Assembly: GCA_951406725.2 (NCBI GenBank)
Contig: OX597817.1
Location: 86,304,001-86,368,000 of the forward strand
Reading direction: 5' to 3'
DNA from: Octopus vulgaris
Taxonomy: Eukaryota
Length of the DNA: 64,000 nucleotides
The translations under genes and the position numbers were made by a program. The notes beneath the pieces were generated by a model. It had not been told where the DNA came from. It did no database searches and saw only the letters and a program-made list of their open reading frames with translations. This document shows positions 12,006 to 26,614 of this stretch, piece by piece. Every line of letters starts with the position of its first letter. The stretch's first letter is position 1.

Positions 12006-15000
12006 TAATACATTTTATGTATTTGCACAGAGTTAGTAAAACGTGTATACAATAAATGTAATTTTAAAATTGTATTAAGATTCACAATCTTAGTTAATGC
12101 AGCTTCTGCTATATAATTTACTTTGCAATTCTAGTTTTGTTTATTTTGACAAAGTTTCTTATTTTCGCTATTATGATTTGAAAGAAGTTTCGCTTAGTGC
12201 AGTATTCATTAAATAGTATTGGGGGAAAAACACACCAGGAAAAAAGAAATCGACCCCTATTACTATCTTTTGTAGTATTCCTATTTCTTAGCTGTGGAAT
12301 TTTTTTCTTTACCTTTTTTGTCACATGTCAGTTATTTTCGTGAAGTTATGTTTTTCTGTGTTTTTTTAAATTATTTTTTTAGGACATAAATGTTTATTAA
12401 GATATTTTCTTGAATTAGTGAGTTATTTCTAATTACAATTCTCTAGAATAGAAGTAGGTTTATATTTGCCATACAACAAGTGTTTATATATTTTAATGCT
12501 AAGTAACATTTGAATTTAGTTCTAACTTCATGGAAAATGTTAATTTTCAGTTTTTAGCCAAAAATTTATTCTTAATACACTGCTTAGATAATTTTCTTTG
12601 GAATTTAGATTATTTTGACTCGCAGGCATTTTTTTAATCTTTAAAAATTACTTTGTATTGTATCAAATAATTCTATGAAAGCATTTAGGATTTAGAAGCT
12701 GGCTATATATTTTCTAAAATGGTTTGAGGCTTTATTTTCTAACTTGAAATGAAGGGAATTTCTATTCTCTTTCGTGCTTTCTTATTCCAAGGATTATGGC
12801 AAATGCTATGAGTTGCTCACCTAGTCTTTCTTTAACACCAAGAGTAAATGTTTGAAATTTATAAACTTATAAAATTCATGTATTTCTTTTATTTTTTCTA
12901 AAGACTATAATCATTAAAATGACAAAGGTTGAAATATATTAACTTAGGTTTCTATGCTCTACTAAAACAAGAAGCATTGTGAAATACAGTGTACATAGTT
13001 TTTCAGCAGTTTACTATGTTTTTCTCTTGAAGTGAGATTGAGTCTGACTTTTCAATCTTTTTTTTTTTCCTTCTGAATGCATATTTGTTAGGCATTACTT
13101 GGAATTTACCAAGTGTCACTTGGCTTTATCACTTTGCCTTTCTCCTAATTTTATTTTTAAAGTTCTTTAGTAAACTTGGATAAGAAGAAAATTGAATGAT
13201 TGAATTTTGCAAGGAATCTGACCAAGTGTGCAATATCTTGACAAATGAGGATCTATATCTTCAGGGCTTTCATCAAACTATGTTGGTGCCATCATAATTT
13301 TCTTCTTTTCTTACAAAAAAAAAAAAAATTAAAAAAAATATCCTTTACTCAATTGTATGCATCATTTATTCAGAAAAGACTGGACAGAAAATTCAGTTCT
13401 CCATCTTATGTTTTTCAAGTGAAATATTTAACCTTTGCTGGGCTGGTTGTTCCTTAAGATGTATACTATTTAATTTAAGAGCATCAAAATCAAAACACTG
13501 CCATTATCATTGGTATTCAGCATTTTATATTTGAAATGTCAAAGTGGATGTAAAAGAATTGCATTTGATTTCCTAGCTAATGAATTTCTGCTAGCTGCAA
13601 CCACTTTTTTGTCTCTTTAATGACCACTAAAATTCTTTTAAACTTAAATGAAATGATTATTGCCAAACCAAAATGTTTTGGTTTCAGGCCCATCCTGTTT
13701 ATAATGTGAGGGGGGGACCCTTGGTGTGGTTCTTATTAAACCTTTCTGCATGCCCTCATCTCATTCAGACATATATACATATGTGTGTATGTGTATACAT
13801 ATATATGCACATATGCATGTACACATACAAATACACTGATTTGTACACTTTAGGCCTTGGTCTAAAATATCAGTGTAAATTTTTACATAAACATTAGACC
13901 TTAATTTTTACTCTTGTTTCTTAAAGAATTTTTGAAAAGTAATTCTTAAGGTTCTTTTAAGTGCCTAACTCCTATTTATAAATTTTCTTTTAATCATTGC
14001 AGTTTGGTACATTGTATTTGTCATTTTGATGTTAAAATTTGATATATGCAAATATTCTTTTCTCTGTTCAAGTATAATTATAGTATATATGACTGGTTGT
14101 CCCTAAACTTCACATTGGCTCTAATGTTACAGTTACTACAGTTTTCTTTTCAATGAAACAATTTATTAGGTGATTTGAAGCTGTGTGTTCAGGAAGTTTT
14201 TAGTTTAGTTTTGTTTTTATCTCTAAATTTTGAGACTCGGTATTTCTTTTATTTAATTTCCTGAACTCTCAAATAAGGTTTGGTTACATGTTAAAATCTT
14301 AGCCAGGCCTCTTATGAAAATTGAGTTTTGTTTTTTACTTTTTCCCAGATTTCGCATTTAAAAAATAAATTATTGATGTGAATTTACATATTTTCAGTGC
14401 CCATTGTCATGTAGCAATACTGTATCCCCCTTTTCATCTTGATTATTGAATTAGATTGCTTTTATCACTGTTTTGATTGCTTTTTCCCTATATCTTCTAT
14501 CAAAAACCATTTAAATCTGTACAATAAATTACATGTTGTAAGCAATTAAAATTATGGCTACTTAAGGCTGGCAGTTGAAATGATTTCACTATTTCACATA
14601 GCAGCTGTGTTTGGCTGTCTTGGTGTGAAGTGAGCAAATAATAATTAAAAATTTGCAACAAATTCATATTTATGAAAAGGTTATTGATTTTTTTTTTTTT
14701 AAATTTGATTTTTTTTAATCTTTGGCTTTTATTTGCTGTTTTTTTTTCTTTTTTTCTGGTATGGAAAGAAGTTAGCCATAAAGATCCTTTCCTGTGTTGA
14801 GTCAAAATTGATCAAATATGAGGATGATATTTGTATTAATTCCAGAAAATTAAAATGACCAGAAATAGATATTGCTATGCAATATAATAATAATCCAGTT
14901 ACTTTGGTAAATTTCAAATAATGTGTTGTTAGAATTTTTTTTACATAAGTTCCTGGAATATAGTATATAACACTACAAACATTTTTTGTTTTGTCTTTTG

Positions 15001-15044
15001 GCTGCATCAAATCTTGTTAGTGGCTGCCCAAATACTGAACAGGG

Positions 15045-15276
15045 GTATGTGTGTGAGATAATATGGATGTGTATTTATAAACGAATCATATAAAGGTTAT
15101 ATATATGCATTGTGTGTGTGCATATGGTATATAACAATTATATATATTAAATACATAAAGTGTCAAGATAATAGAATAATAGTACAGACAACTATAGATA
15201 AAATGTATGGACAATATATATTTGTATGAGTATATATATGATTATATGTATATAGATAAAATGTGTAGACAATATA

Positions 15277-15308
<32 letters not shown>

Positions 15309-15695
15309 ATGTATAAATAATATATATTATACATATAATGTATATATTTTGCATGTGGTAATGTGTGGGTTTTACATATTTATATACATAAATATATAAA
15401 TAAAATATATATTATTGTATGATATATGTATATGTGTATATATTGTATATGTACATGTTTATTATATACTGTGTATATATAAATGTTATATATACTGTGT
15501 GTAAAGTCTATAGTTTGTATATATATACATAAAATGTGTATATATGTACACACATTGTGGTGTACATTTATATACACAATATGCTGTATTATATATATAT
15601 ATTTATTATGCCTATGCATGAATATACATGTATTGTGTGTTTATATGTGCGCGTGTGTGTGCGTGCTTATTTATTATTTTCTACATGTGTGTCTA
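15045..15695. repeat. (AT)n/(GT)n degenerate microsatellite tract
   Basis: Directly visible. Confidence 0.9.
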
Positions 15696-18600
15696 GCTAT
15701 GACCTGTGAAGCAATTTGATATTTTCTGGGAGAGTCTGTCACCAACTTGAAACTCTCAAACTAAATAGAAAATGAAAATGCCTACATACAGTATGAAACG
15801 TGTGGAATAAATGCTCATGTATGTTGTATCATTTGGATGATTGAAGTGTGCCTAGATGATAGGTTTTATGTAGTGGATCCATGGGTTGTCATTGTAGTGA
15901 AGCACAACATAAGGTTGGATTGAAGTCCACCAATGAAAATTGACAAAACACTTGTTAATCATATAGTGCTCCCCACTGCTTGCAATATTGAATTGGCTCT
16001 TTTATGATGTCTATTTAGGTTGTATGTGTAATACAAGTTGAATTTTTCCCATTGATAGAATATGAACAAGTGACTCTTTCAGCTACTTGGCTTTTATATG
16101 TGTGTGTGTTTCATGACATTTCTAGATTATTCTGTTAGCACTAAAATATTTGGAGCTCCACCTGCCCACCAATTTCAAAAATTGTCATCCACTTTTAATA
16201 TCCATTGGATTGGTCTTTTATTGCTGTGGCTAGCTGATTTATTTTGTTGATGAGGAAGTCTAATTACAAACGTTTCAGGTATATTAAAGTACTTAAATTA
16301 GAATTCATAGGGTTATTAAATTGTAGTGATAATAGTTAAATTCCTTGTTTTCTTTTCAAAAACTAGTTGAACTAGTTGAAATCTATAAGAAATCTTTTCT
16401 TTCACTTTTTGTTTGTTGAATTATTTCTCAAGTTACAATTTATAGTATTAGATAATTTGCAATTATTTTCATAGAAGCTCAGTTTAAAATTTTTTTTTTT
16501 TACAGATAGAAATTACACATTACAGCCGTTTATTTAGTTTTATATTAGGATTAGTTAAAATGTGGTGTTTAAATCTTAAGTTTATTTTGCATTCCCAGAG
16601 AATATCATCAACATTAAGAGATCTGAATTGTTTTTATATACCTTTTTCATGAACTATATGCTTATTTATTATTATTTTTTTTTTAATTTCCAATTCATTT
16701 CTGGCTTTCTAATTTGCCCATATGCATTCTATTTTGCATTATAGATTTGCTATGTATTTTTTAATTCAGAGCCTGTCTTCCCACTCCCACACACTATATT
16801 GCCTTACCAAATATATTTATTTAAAAAAATATATTTCATCGCAGCACCAAACATTTTTATATCTCTCATGCATTTTTATTTCTTAATCAGAATCTATTAT
16901 ACTTGGGGATGTATCATATTTATTTAAAGTAGTTTTATTTGTTAAACCAAACTGATTTTTTTTTGCCACAGGTATAATAATGAAACATAATAAAGTACTG
17001 GGATTTGAAAAATGAAAGATTTAGTCTTTCGACCAAATGATGCTTTGGTTTCGCTACATGTTACTGTGCATGTTTTAAAAATTTTCGGGTCTGTGATATG
17101 TAATATTTGCATGTACTAAATATATCTGCCTAATTTTGTCTTGTTTGTTCTTTTTTTTTGTTCTTTGTTCCACTTATTTTGATATTTTCAGTGCAACCAA
17201 AGTTTGCTTGCTTTAATTGCTTTTCACTGGAAAGGAAAAAAAAAAAACCCTTCATAGCTACATGCTATCTTTCACTTTGAAATATTTTGAAATATTACCA
17301 AATTTGAACTTCAGACTTTCAAATTACAGCATTTACATTAACAAAGAAAATTGCTTTTTAGTGTCTAGATGTTGATAGTAACTCTCATTAAATTAAATTT
17401 TTTTTCTTGGTCCTTACACATTTTCATTCACTTCAAAACATTTTTTTTTTTTCCATTCCACCATTACAAGGATGGCTTTAGATGCATGAATTATTGGAGT
17501 ACGTATTTTAGAGTGGATGCCATTTTTTAAAGACTTTTCACTCTATTTTCACGTGAGGCACTTTTCTTAATTGAGTAGACTGTGCAGCCTCTCTGTCTTT
17601 CTCCTCAAGACATGGGAAGCCCAAACCATAGAGTCAATACCGTAACATACTTCTAAAATTTTTCTGAATTTGGTATCAGGTACATCAGATACCAAATTTT
17701 AGGAAAATCTTAATGTCAGTCATTTTGCAATACTTATTGTAAAGTGGTTAGCATTAGGAAGTGCACCCAGTCACGAAACGTATGCCAAAGCAGACATTGG
17801 GGCATGATGCACTCCTTAGACATGTCAGATCCTGTTTGGTCAGCTTACTCAAACCAGCATAGGACATGGGCATTAACCAATGATGATGTCATAATGTTTA
17901 GTGTCTATAGAGACAGTGTACAGGTATTGTAACTATTAGCGTCTCTTGTAAATTTTTAACTATAGATTTTTTTCTTTGTTTGAGCAAAATTCAGTTCTAT
18001 CAGTGCCACAAGAAAGATTCTAGATGAGATTTATAGTCATAGATACCATTAAGAGTTATGGCAATATGGTTTAGGGTGCACCTGTATTACACTAAAATTT
18101 TCAATATTTGATGTAGAACTGACGGAGTTTGAGACATAGTAAATATATGAAATAAAAAAAGTGAATTCAAAGGTTTGATGAGGCTGAAATGTGTTAAAAT
18201 ATGACTGAAGTCAGTTGATAATTAGTCCTAATTGGCTCAGACTGTTTTCTGAGTTGATGAGATGATTATTCACTATAACTATCAAAGATTGCTGCTGTAG
18301 TAGTATCTCTTTATCTCAGTCAAAAACAAATAACTATTTCCATTCAGTATTTGCATAATATATTAAACAACAAATATATTATGGTAATAAAATAGATATT
18401 TGAAGTCTGAGCAAACTACACATTACTTTTATTAACATAGCAAAGTTGAAAGAACCCAGTTAGGTTGAAATTGTGCTTAATTTTAAAATTATCTAGTCCT
18501 TAATGCAATAGGTTTCCATTCCATGTCCTTCATGATCCATATACTCCTTTTCTTATCCAATGACCCACTCACCTCTGGTTGAAAACCTGAAAAAAGCCAT

Positions 18601-20799
18601 CATGCTGGAATTATAGCTTTGTCTACATATTTCTTCCACTTGTATCCCTTTAACTTTAATCATGTTTAATCATCTATGTAGATGGTCCCACACTAGACAG
18701 TTCTTAACATACAATGGCATGTTAGATTAGCTTGCTGTTTTCCTCCAAACCTTCCTATATACATACTACAGAGTAAGAATGGGAAAAACATTTGTCAAAC
18801 CTGTTCTATCACTGATTTCTTCTACTGTAACAAAATGAGCACAGCATCTGCAATATATTGCTAGTAATTATTTCTACAATTTCAAAATGTTTAAAGGCAA
18901 TCAACTCTTATCAGAACCATGCTCAATATTACAACAGTCTTAATTTTTCTCTTTGACTAGATTAGGTTCAGTGATATTGATGAAGAGGTAGAAATGGTAT
19001 TTTCATTCATCAAATTTTTTTTTTATATGGTCATACTTTTTCCTAATATATTTGCAGAATAAGGAAAATGAATTCACTTCATCAAAATATTCATTGTAAA
19101 AGGTTATGTTTTACTATCAAGGACAGTTTTGCTGTTACTCAAGTTAGCAACTCAGGATTTCATTTCATAGGGAAAATGCTAGTCTAGCAATCTATTGTGT
19201 CAGCCACCAGTGCTTTCATTAAGAAAAAAAAGACAATGATAAAACATGCTTAGGGTGATGTAATGCTTAGCCATACTGCATGGCACCTTGGGTATTTTCT
19301 GCTATAGCTTTGGACTGACCAGAACCTTGTGAAGGGAGTTTTGTAGGTGGAAACTGAAAAAAGCCTTTTGTGTGTATATATAAATATTTGTGTTATGTTT
19401 GTCTCCCTGCTACCATTATTTGACAATCAGTGTTTTGTTTACATCCCCATAAATCAGCAGTTTAGCAAAAGAGACATGTTACTTTGACTAAACGCTTCAA
19501 GGAAGTGCCCCAGCATGGCTGCAGTTCAATGACTGAAACAAGAAAAGAGAAGATAGCAAGCAGAATTAAATTTACATTTTTTTTATTGTTTTTGAATTTG
19601 TCCAAACTTTCACTGGATACTTACACAAAAATGAAGGAAAAACATTTTTAATGTCAAGCATCAATAATTTTTATGTAATTAGAGACTTGAAGAAACGAAT
19701 GTTTAAAAGTAGGAGTCCAATTTAAATTTGTGCAAGATATTTTTCCAAATTTAATGTGATTTTATTACACTGGTCTTGTTACTAACTTAAAGCACCATGG
19801 AAACAATCTCGACAGTAATTGTACAAATGTACAGCTTAGTACAATTGGCATAAAAATATCAACTTGAAAGATACTTTCATTTTATTTTTGTTAAAAACAT
19901 AGAAATCTTGAGCAAATAATGAGAGCCACAAATTGCTATTGACTAAGGTGTTGAACAGTTTGATTTGAAGGCCCACTTTTCAAATTCCCATCAGTGGCAT
20001 TTTTCTGTGTCTATTACCAAGGTCTCTAAAGTTCAGTTCACACAGGTGTAATAAATTCCCTTAATTTACTGTAGTTTGAAGTAAAATCACTCCGCCACAG
20101 TTAATGATTTTCTTCAGTGTGCAGTGCTAGATTCATGTTGCTGCCAGTGGCTTAGTTTTAACCTAACAATTCCTAACTTGTTGAGATTAAACTTTTAACA
20201 GGATCACAAAGAAAAAAAAATCCAACAGGGAAAAATAAAAATAATAAAATGTGTATGTGTATTTCCTTGTGATAGTCGTGGGTGTCACTGTCATACAAGC
20301 AGTTCATTTGTTTCCACTCTTCCATGAAAAAATGTCCAGCCAAGGGAAAATATTACCTTGTTAAGAAACACATTAGATTTGGCAAGAAGGGCATCTAGCC
20401 ACAAAAATCTGCATCAACGAATTTTGTGTGACCCATGCAAACAGATCAGATGAAAAGTGGATATTAACACAACGATGATAATGATTTCAGTAAAAATGTA
20501 GTAAACATTAAGACTATAACAGTTTCACTGTTGATGAAGTGATTTCATTTCACTTCATTTACTCTTAGAAGGGATTACTTAACATTCACAATCTTTAAAA
20601 ATCAGTTGTAAAACACGTGAGATGCATTCAGAGTTTCTCTGATGAGAATTACAGTGTTAGGAATAGTAATTGGAAGGCATAAACAATTCTTCCTTCACTG
20701 AATCTCAATGTTTTAAATAAAATTTACAAATACAAATAGGATTTACTTTCTTTTATTGTAAGTCCAAAGTATTAAAACAAAAAACTTGGACTTAATTTC

Positions 20800-21153
20800 T
20801 TTTATTTGTTTCAGTCATTTGACTGCGGCCATGCTGGAGCACCGCCTTTAGTCAAACAAATCGACTCCAGGACTTATTCTTTGTAAGCCTAGTACTTATT
20901 CTATCGGTCTCTCTTGCCGAACCACTAAGTGATGGGGATGTAAACACATCCGCATCGGTTGTCAAGTGATGTTGGGAGAACAAACACAGACACACAAATA
21001 TATACATACATACATATATGACGGGCTTCTTTCAGTTTCCGTCCATTAAATCCACTCACAAGGCTACAGTAGAAGACACTTGCCCAAGGTGCCATGCAGT
21101 GGTACTGAAACCATGTGGTTGGTAAGCAAGCTACTTACCACACAGCCACTCCT
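20800..21153 (-). mobile_element. tRNA-derived octopus-type SINE
   Basis: Minus strand begins ggagtggctgtgtggtaagtagcttgcttaccaaccacatggtt (A/B-box-like). Near-identical to 43075-43480. Degenerate plus-strand copies at about 6345-6670, 19250-19550, 21740-22050 and 44050-44230. Confidence 0.85.
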
Positions 21154-22065
21154 GCATTTTATTTTGTTGTTTGGGTAATATTGACATGTAAGTCTTTAAG
21201 GAATATATTTAAAGGAAGCTCAGCTAACTGAGACTTGACCTTCTTAAGTCTCTAGCAACAGGAGCTGAATTTAGCACTGCTAACCAAAAGAACACTCATC
21301 ACTTTTACAATGCTGTTAGTTTTTATAGTGATGGTGTTCCTTCTTTACAATCTGATGATATTGAAGAACAGTTGCAGTGCCATGCCTTACCAATGACAAA
21401 ATGTGGATTGGCTTTTCAACAAGCAACAGTCTTAAAATATTACTTAAATTTGAGTGGTTGGGAAAAAAGTAAAATAAAAAGATAAATCACTTGAAAGTGA
21501 GGAAATATTTATATAGGAAATAAGATAACTACCAAGAATAATTCATGAATGACAGGCTTTATTAGTTGAAAAATAGACTAGTTGCATGCTTAGACCTGTG
21601 TAGTCATTCCCTATTTATTGATCTAACTAAAAGGGGTTTTAATATTATAGCATTAATTTTGCTGCTAAATATAATAAGCTTTCTTGTCTCAGTTATTGAT
21701 TTCTCAAACTGGAGGCCAATTTTTTGTACACAAAATAAACACTATGTGGTAAAAATTTGCTTTCCAACCACATGGTTTTGGGTTCAGTGCTAGGCTGAAT
21801 AAAGCCTTGTGAGTGGATTTGGAAAGAAGCTCATTGTATATGTATACTAGTCTGTCCTTGTCTTGACATCACATGATAGGTGAAAATGAATGTCACTGTA
21901 ATATATGCAGTTGCTTTTGTTTGCAATCTTGTGAAAACACCTGGCCATTGGGAAATATTACTTGGAAACAGGTGAGGCCCTCTAGCTATAGAAAATCTGA
22001 TATAACAAATTCTATCTGACCCATGGAACAGTGGATGTTAAAATGTTGATATTACAGAGTCAGTT

Positions 22066-22285
22066 AAGGCTGTGAACTTGGTAGAGTTATTAGTACTCAG
22101 GATAAAATGCTTAACAGCCTTTCATTTATCTTATGTTCTGAGTTTAAATTCTGTCTAAGTCAAATTTGCTTTTAATCTTTTCGGGGTCAATGAAATGAGT
22201 ACCAGTTGTGCACTGAAATTGATGTAATCAACTCGCTCCCTCCCCACCAAATTTCAGTCCTTGTGCCTACAGTAGAAAAGATATT
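22066..22285 (+). mobile_element. tRNA-derived SINE with a MetaSINE-like core, degenerate
   Basis: gttctgagtttaaatt...tttcggggtcaatgaaatgagtaccagtt; same family as 38196-38764, 41943-42160 and 53811-54018. Confidence 0.75.
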
Positions 22286-24239
22286 AGTGAATCAGTTACG
22301 GCCAGAAATTAAGCCTGGAATTAACTTCATTACTTATATTTGATACCCTTGGGAAAGGCATGAACATCATAAATCCATTCTTCCATGCAGATAAATAGAG
22401 CTGATCACTTAATGAAAACCTTTGATCAGAAAATCTTAAGTAATTAACACTCTTTAATTAGTAAAGGTGATAACTATCCTTATATTTTTATAATTACTGG
22501 TGCTTATTTTTATTGAAACTCAAGAGTGACAAGTAAAGTCAACATTGGCAGAATTTAAACTCCTTATCATTTCACTTCTAATTTCTCAGTACTTCACCAT
22601 TTTATATATATATATAATCACTGCAGGAGTATATTTAAAGTTCAGTTACTATAAAGAAGATTATTTAAGCAATACACCAAACATTATAAAAACATTTTGA
22701 GTCATCTAGTCTGTTATTTCTGTTCATTAACAATTCTCAATTCTCTTAACATTGAATTATTGTAAATACCACACAGCAGTAAGGTCACTGCAAGATATTT
22801 CAGAAGGATTTCATTTGAGTAATGAGATCAAATCATTTTCAAGTTGGTTGAAATTAATTACAACAATAATATTATACTTTGACCAAGTTTTGGTTCTCAC
22901 TTGCTGCCAATTCACATAAACAAAATTGTATTTATTGGAAAGGAACAAACAACAGTTTGTTTCCTCTTCTTAAGATGTTAGTTTTCCTGTTTACCCGAAG
23001 AAGGAATTCACTTCAGTGTCCTGTTTCTATAGACACTATATCATAGCAGGCTAACTATACTATCAAATATGTTATTAAGCTATATCTCAATAACAAAGAA
23101 ACCAGCAGAAAATTCCTTAGATAATCAAATTCCAATAATTTTGATGATACTGCAAATCTAATTACCTTCCCTTTCCAGCAACTTCCTTTTCACATTAATG
23201 TTTCTTACCAACATTATATTTGTTTGTGTATGTGGATTCTTATTTTGTGACATGTTTACAATGCCACAATATTGGCCATATGCAAAATTTCTTAGTGAGG
23301 CAATCCAATATTTTAATATGGTGTCACACTGATAGGAACTTGTTCTGATCACTTTTTTTTACAATATTACTGAACCTTATTTAACCTTGGTTAAAACTCC
23401 CATTTAAGCCTGTTATTTGTATTCTGCAACAAAATGTTTCTGTCAAACTATATCTCCAAGATAAAAATCAAGACATTGAATAATGCCGACTGAAATGTAA
23501 TATTCCTGATAAAAAAAAATGGCTGGAATACCTTTGATCATTGATCTTTTGTCTCAGAGCTAAACAACAAATTCCTATTTGGATTTGTTTTCATATTTAT
23601 GAGCTATATTTGTAAGATACTGGAAATTCTATGGTTATTTTTAAAACTATTAAAAGCCTGTTGGAAGTTTATAGAAAACTATGAAATACAATTTCACAAA
23701 AAATTTTTTTAAGTATTTGATTCTATAGACAGGTAAATTTCACACAGGTAGTACTGAAGATGCAGTCTTTAAAAAAAAATCCATCTTTGAAAATTATATT
23801 CTTTGTTATACACTTAGTCAACTTCTTTTACTTTGAGAGTTGCTAAGAAGTGAATGTACTCTAGAAAGAGAAACAATTTGTCCATGATTCTATTTAAAGA
23901 ACAATGTATATAGCAAATGCTTTAAACAATTCTAACTTTGGAATTATATTAAAGAATTCTGTATTATGATGCTATGGTACAGCTACATTAATAATGTTTT
24001 AACAAATCTTAATATGCTGTATATTAAATTCATATTTCCAAATCAAAGAAGTATGCATTTGGTTGGATTTGAACCCACAGTCCCTATAAACAAAGTACAG
24101 TAACTGCCTCACCAAGCTTTGGATTCTAAAAAATAGTTATCAGAAATATATAGATCACAATTTTAGATATTTATCATTCAGAAAAGACTGTGTTAATTTG
24201 CTCATGTGATGCATATGAGTGAGGATAGTTGCATAAAAA

Positions 24240-25265
24240 AATGCCGATCACAAAGTAGATGTAATTTGTGGAAGAGGGAGACCCAAGAGGGCATGGATTG
24301 AAGTACTGAAGGCAAATCTCAAGATGTTGAACCTTATGAAGGAAATGACAAAGAACCGAGTTATCTGGTGCCTTGCTGTACTCAACAAGATCCATCCACT
24401 GCCACAGAATTGATATCCTAAAACCACCTTGGTAATGCTTACCTCCATCCCCTCTGTCCTGTCAACCTTCTCCTTCCACATTTCATTCCCTAACACACAT
24501 CACTTCCTCTATCACCTGAGAGCAGAATAGGCACATACTACATTTCTCAGTTACCTTTCTTCTCCAACCCAAACCACTTCCATTTCCCATTATCCTCTCC
24601 CACCCACTGTCTCCACCGATCACCTCTTTTCTGTACCTTCTCCCCACTATTGCTGTTCTCCATCATTAACACCTTGCATTTCTACTATCACCCTTAATGC
24701 CCTCACATATCTACAGCAACCTCCACCCCCAAGCCACACCTAGGTTTTTCTCCATCATTTACTACAGTCACTTCTACCCACTCCCCCAGTTCAAACCCCT
24801 GTATCAGTTTACCTATTCTCACTACCTTCAGTATCCCTCCAGGAAATGTCTTGACACATCTTTGCCATCATCTCTCTCACTATCACTCTCCTTATTTTAC
24901 TCTTTAACTCACACTCTTTTCCTTTCCAACTAAGGTTCCATGTATATAAAGATACCTATCTCTGCTCTCTCTATACATTTATTCTCTCAACTGGTGCAAA
25001 ACCACCCCTCCCCAATACTACCCCACTCTCCCAGTCAAAGGGTTTTTGTCTTGCAAGATACTTGGTGATCCTGCTGGTGATGGTACCACATAAAAAGCAC
25101 TGGTGCTGATGCTATGTAAAAAGTACACTGTAAAGTGTTTGAGGATAGGAAGGGCATCCAGCTGTAGAAACCATATCAAAACAATGTAGCTTGGTACAGC
25201 TCCTGTTAAATCGTCCAACCCATGCCAGTGTAGAAAACAAACATTAAGTGATGATGATGATTATG
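24240..25265 (+). mobile_element. RTE LINE 3' end plus long 3' tail
   Basis: 24268-24380 reads GRGRPKRAWIEVLKANLKMLNLMKEMTKNRVIWCLAVL (RTE C-terminus). It is followed by a C-rich segment, the ggaagggcatccagctgtag motif and a (GAT)n tail. Confidence 0.75.
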
Positions 25266-25849
25266 ATTCAAATGTTTTATGAACAATATGAATGGTGACT
25301 GAGTCAATAATGAACTAAGGTTTTGATTTCATAATTTATCAGTAAATTATTTTATGAATAATATATCATATGTGAACTGGATTGCCTACAAAATTAGTCC
25401 AAAAATGTGTTCAAGGCTGATCTCAGGACTTTGAACCCCATGAAGGAGAGGACAAAGGAGCAGGATGACTGGGAGTATGTAGTGCTCATATATATATCAG
25501 GGTGTTGGGATTTATGGAGGAAAAGACAAATGAACCGAGATATCTGGTAATGTGATGTTCTTGAGAAGATCTGCCCACATCAGTGAAACTGAGCTCTAGA
25601 AGTGCTGTGTTCCACCCACACATAACAAGAAAACTTCTCACATTCCCTACCACAACAAACCAAACTACATCTCTTCTCTTCCTCCCATTTCTTCCTTCAT
25701 GCACTATGCCTTTCCTCATGGCCCTCTTTCTCTGTATCATTGCTTATCCAGTAGCCTCCGCCACTCTATATACCCAGGTTTTCATTACTCACATCCCCTC
25801 TCTACTCCCTAATCATGCTTCTTTTATAATATCCTGCCTCATATTATGA

Positions 25850-26495
25850 CCTTTGAACCTCGAAGGTATGCCCTAGCACTTGCCACGATCTATATCTCTC
25901 TCTGCCTTTACATCCCATTTATATACTGATCCCTGTCCCTTGTGAGTATGCCTGGTACTTTGCCACCGTCTCTATTCTGTTGTCTCCCACTCTCTTCTCT
26001 TGTGCTTCCCTCAGGTTGGGTAGCCATGTATCTCCTTTGCAATAGCACACCTGTTTCTGTCCTCATTCCTGATCTCTCTCTCTCCCCAGCCAGGTAGCCT
26101 TGTACCTCCTCTACAAGACAGCTGTTTCTTTCTCTTTGTCTCACTATAACTTTTCATCTTCTGACGTATGATCACCTCTTCCAATGCAACCCTCTCTTCT
26201 TAAAAGATTTTTGTCTTGTAATTTATTTAGTGATCCTGTCAGTGCTTGTCCACACTGTAAAGTAGTTGGCGTTTGGAAGGGCATCCAGCTGTAAAAATCT
26301 TGCCAAAGCTGACCTTGTACCACATAAAAAGCATTAAGTCCACTCTGCTGGGTGGTTGGTGTTAGGAAGGGCACCCAGCTGTAAAAATCCTATCAAAACA
26401 CACAAGTCTGGTGCAAACTTCTGCCTGGATGGCTCCCATCAAACTGTGCCACCCATGCCAGCATGGAAGGCAGACGTTAAATGGTGATAATGATG
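25850..26495 (+). mobile_element. RTE-tailed SINE/LINE 3' fragment with duplicated ggaagggcayccagctgta motif
   Basis: Motif copies at about 26276 and 26364; ends cccatgccagcatggaa..gacgttaaatg(at)n. Confidence 0.65.
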
Positions 26496-26575
26496 ATATG
26501 TGTGTGTGTGCATATGTAACTGGCAGTGCCTCAGCCTTTGGACTGAGACATACATACATACATACATACATACAT

Positions 26576-26614
<39 letters not shown>

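Noticed and set aside
11633-12055. Y/I/H/T/C-rich ORFs here and at 15163-15719, 26362-26790 and 54625-56302
   Set aside because: Translations of (AT)n/(AC)n/(GT)n microsatellites.
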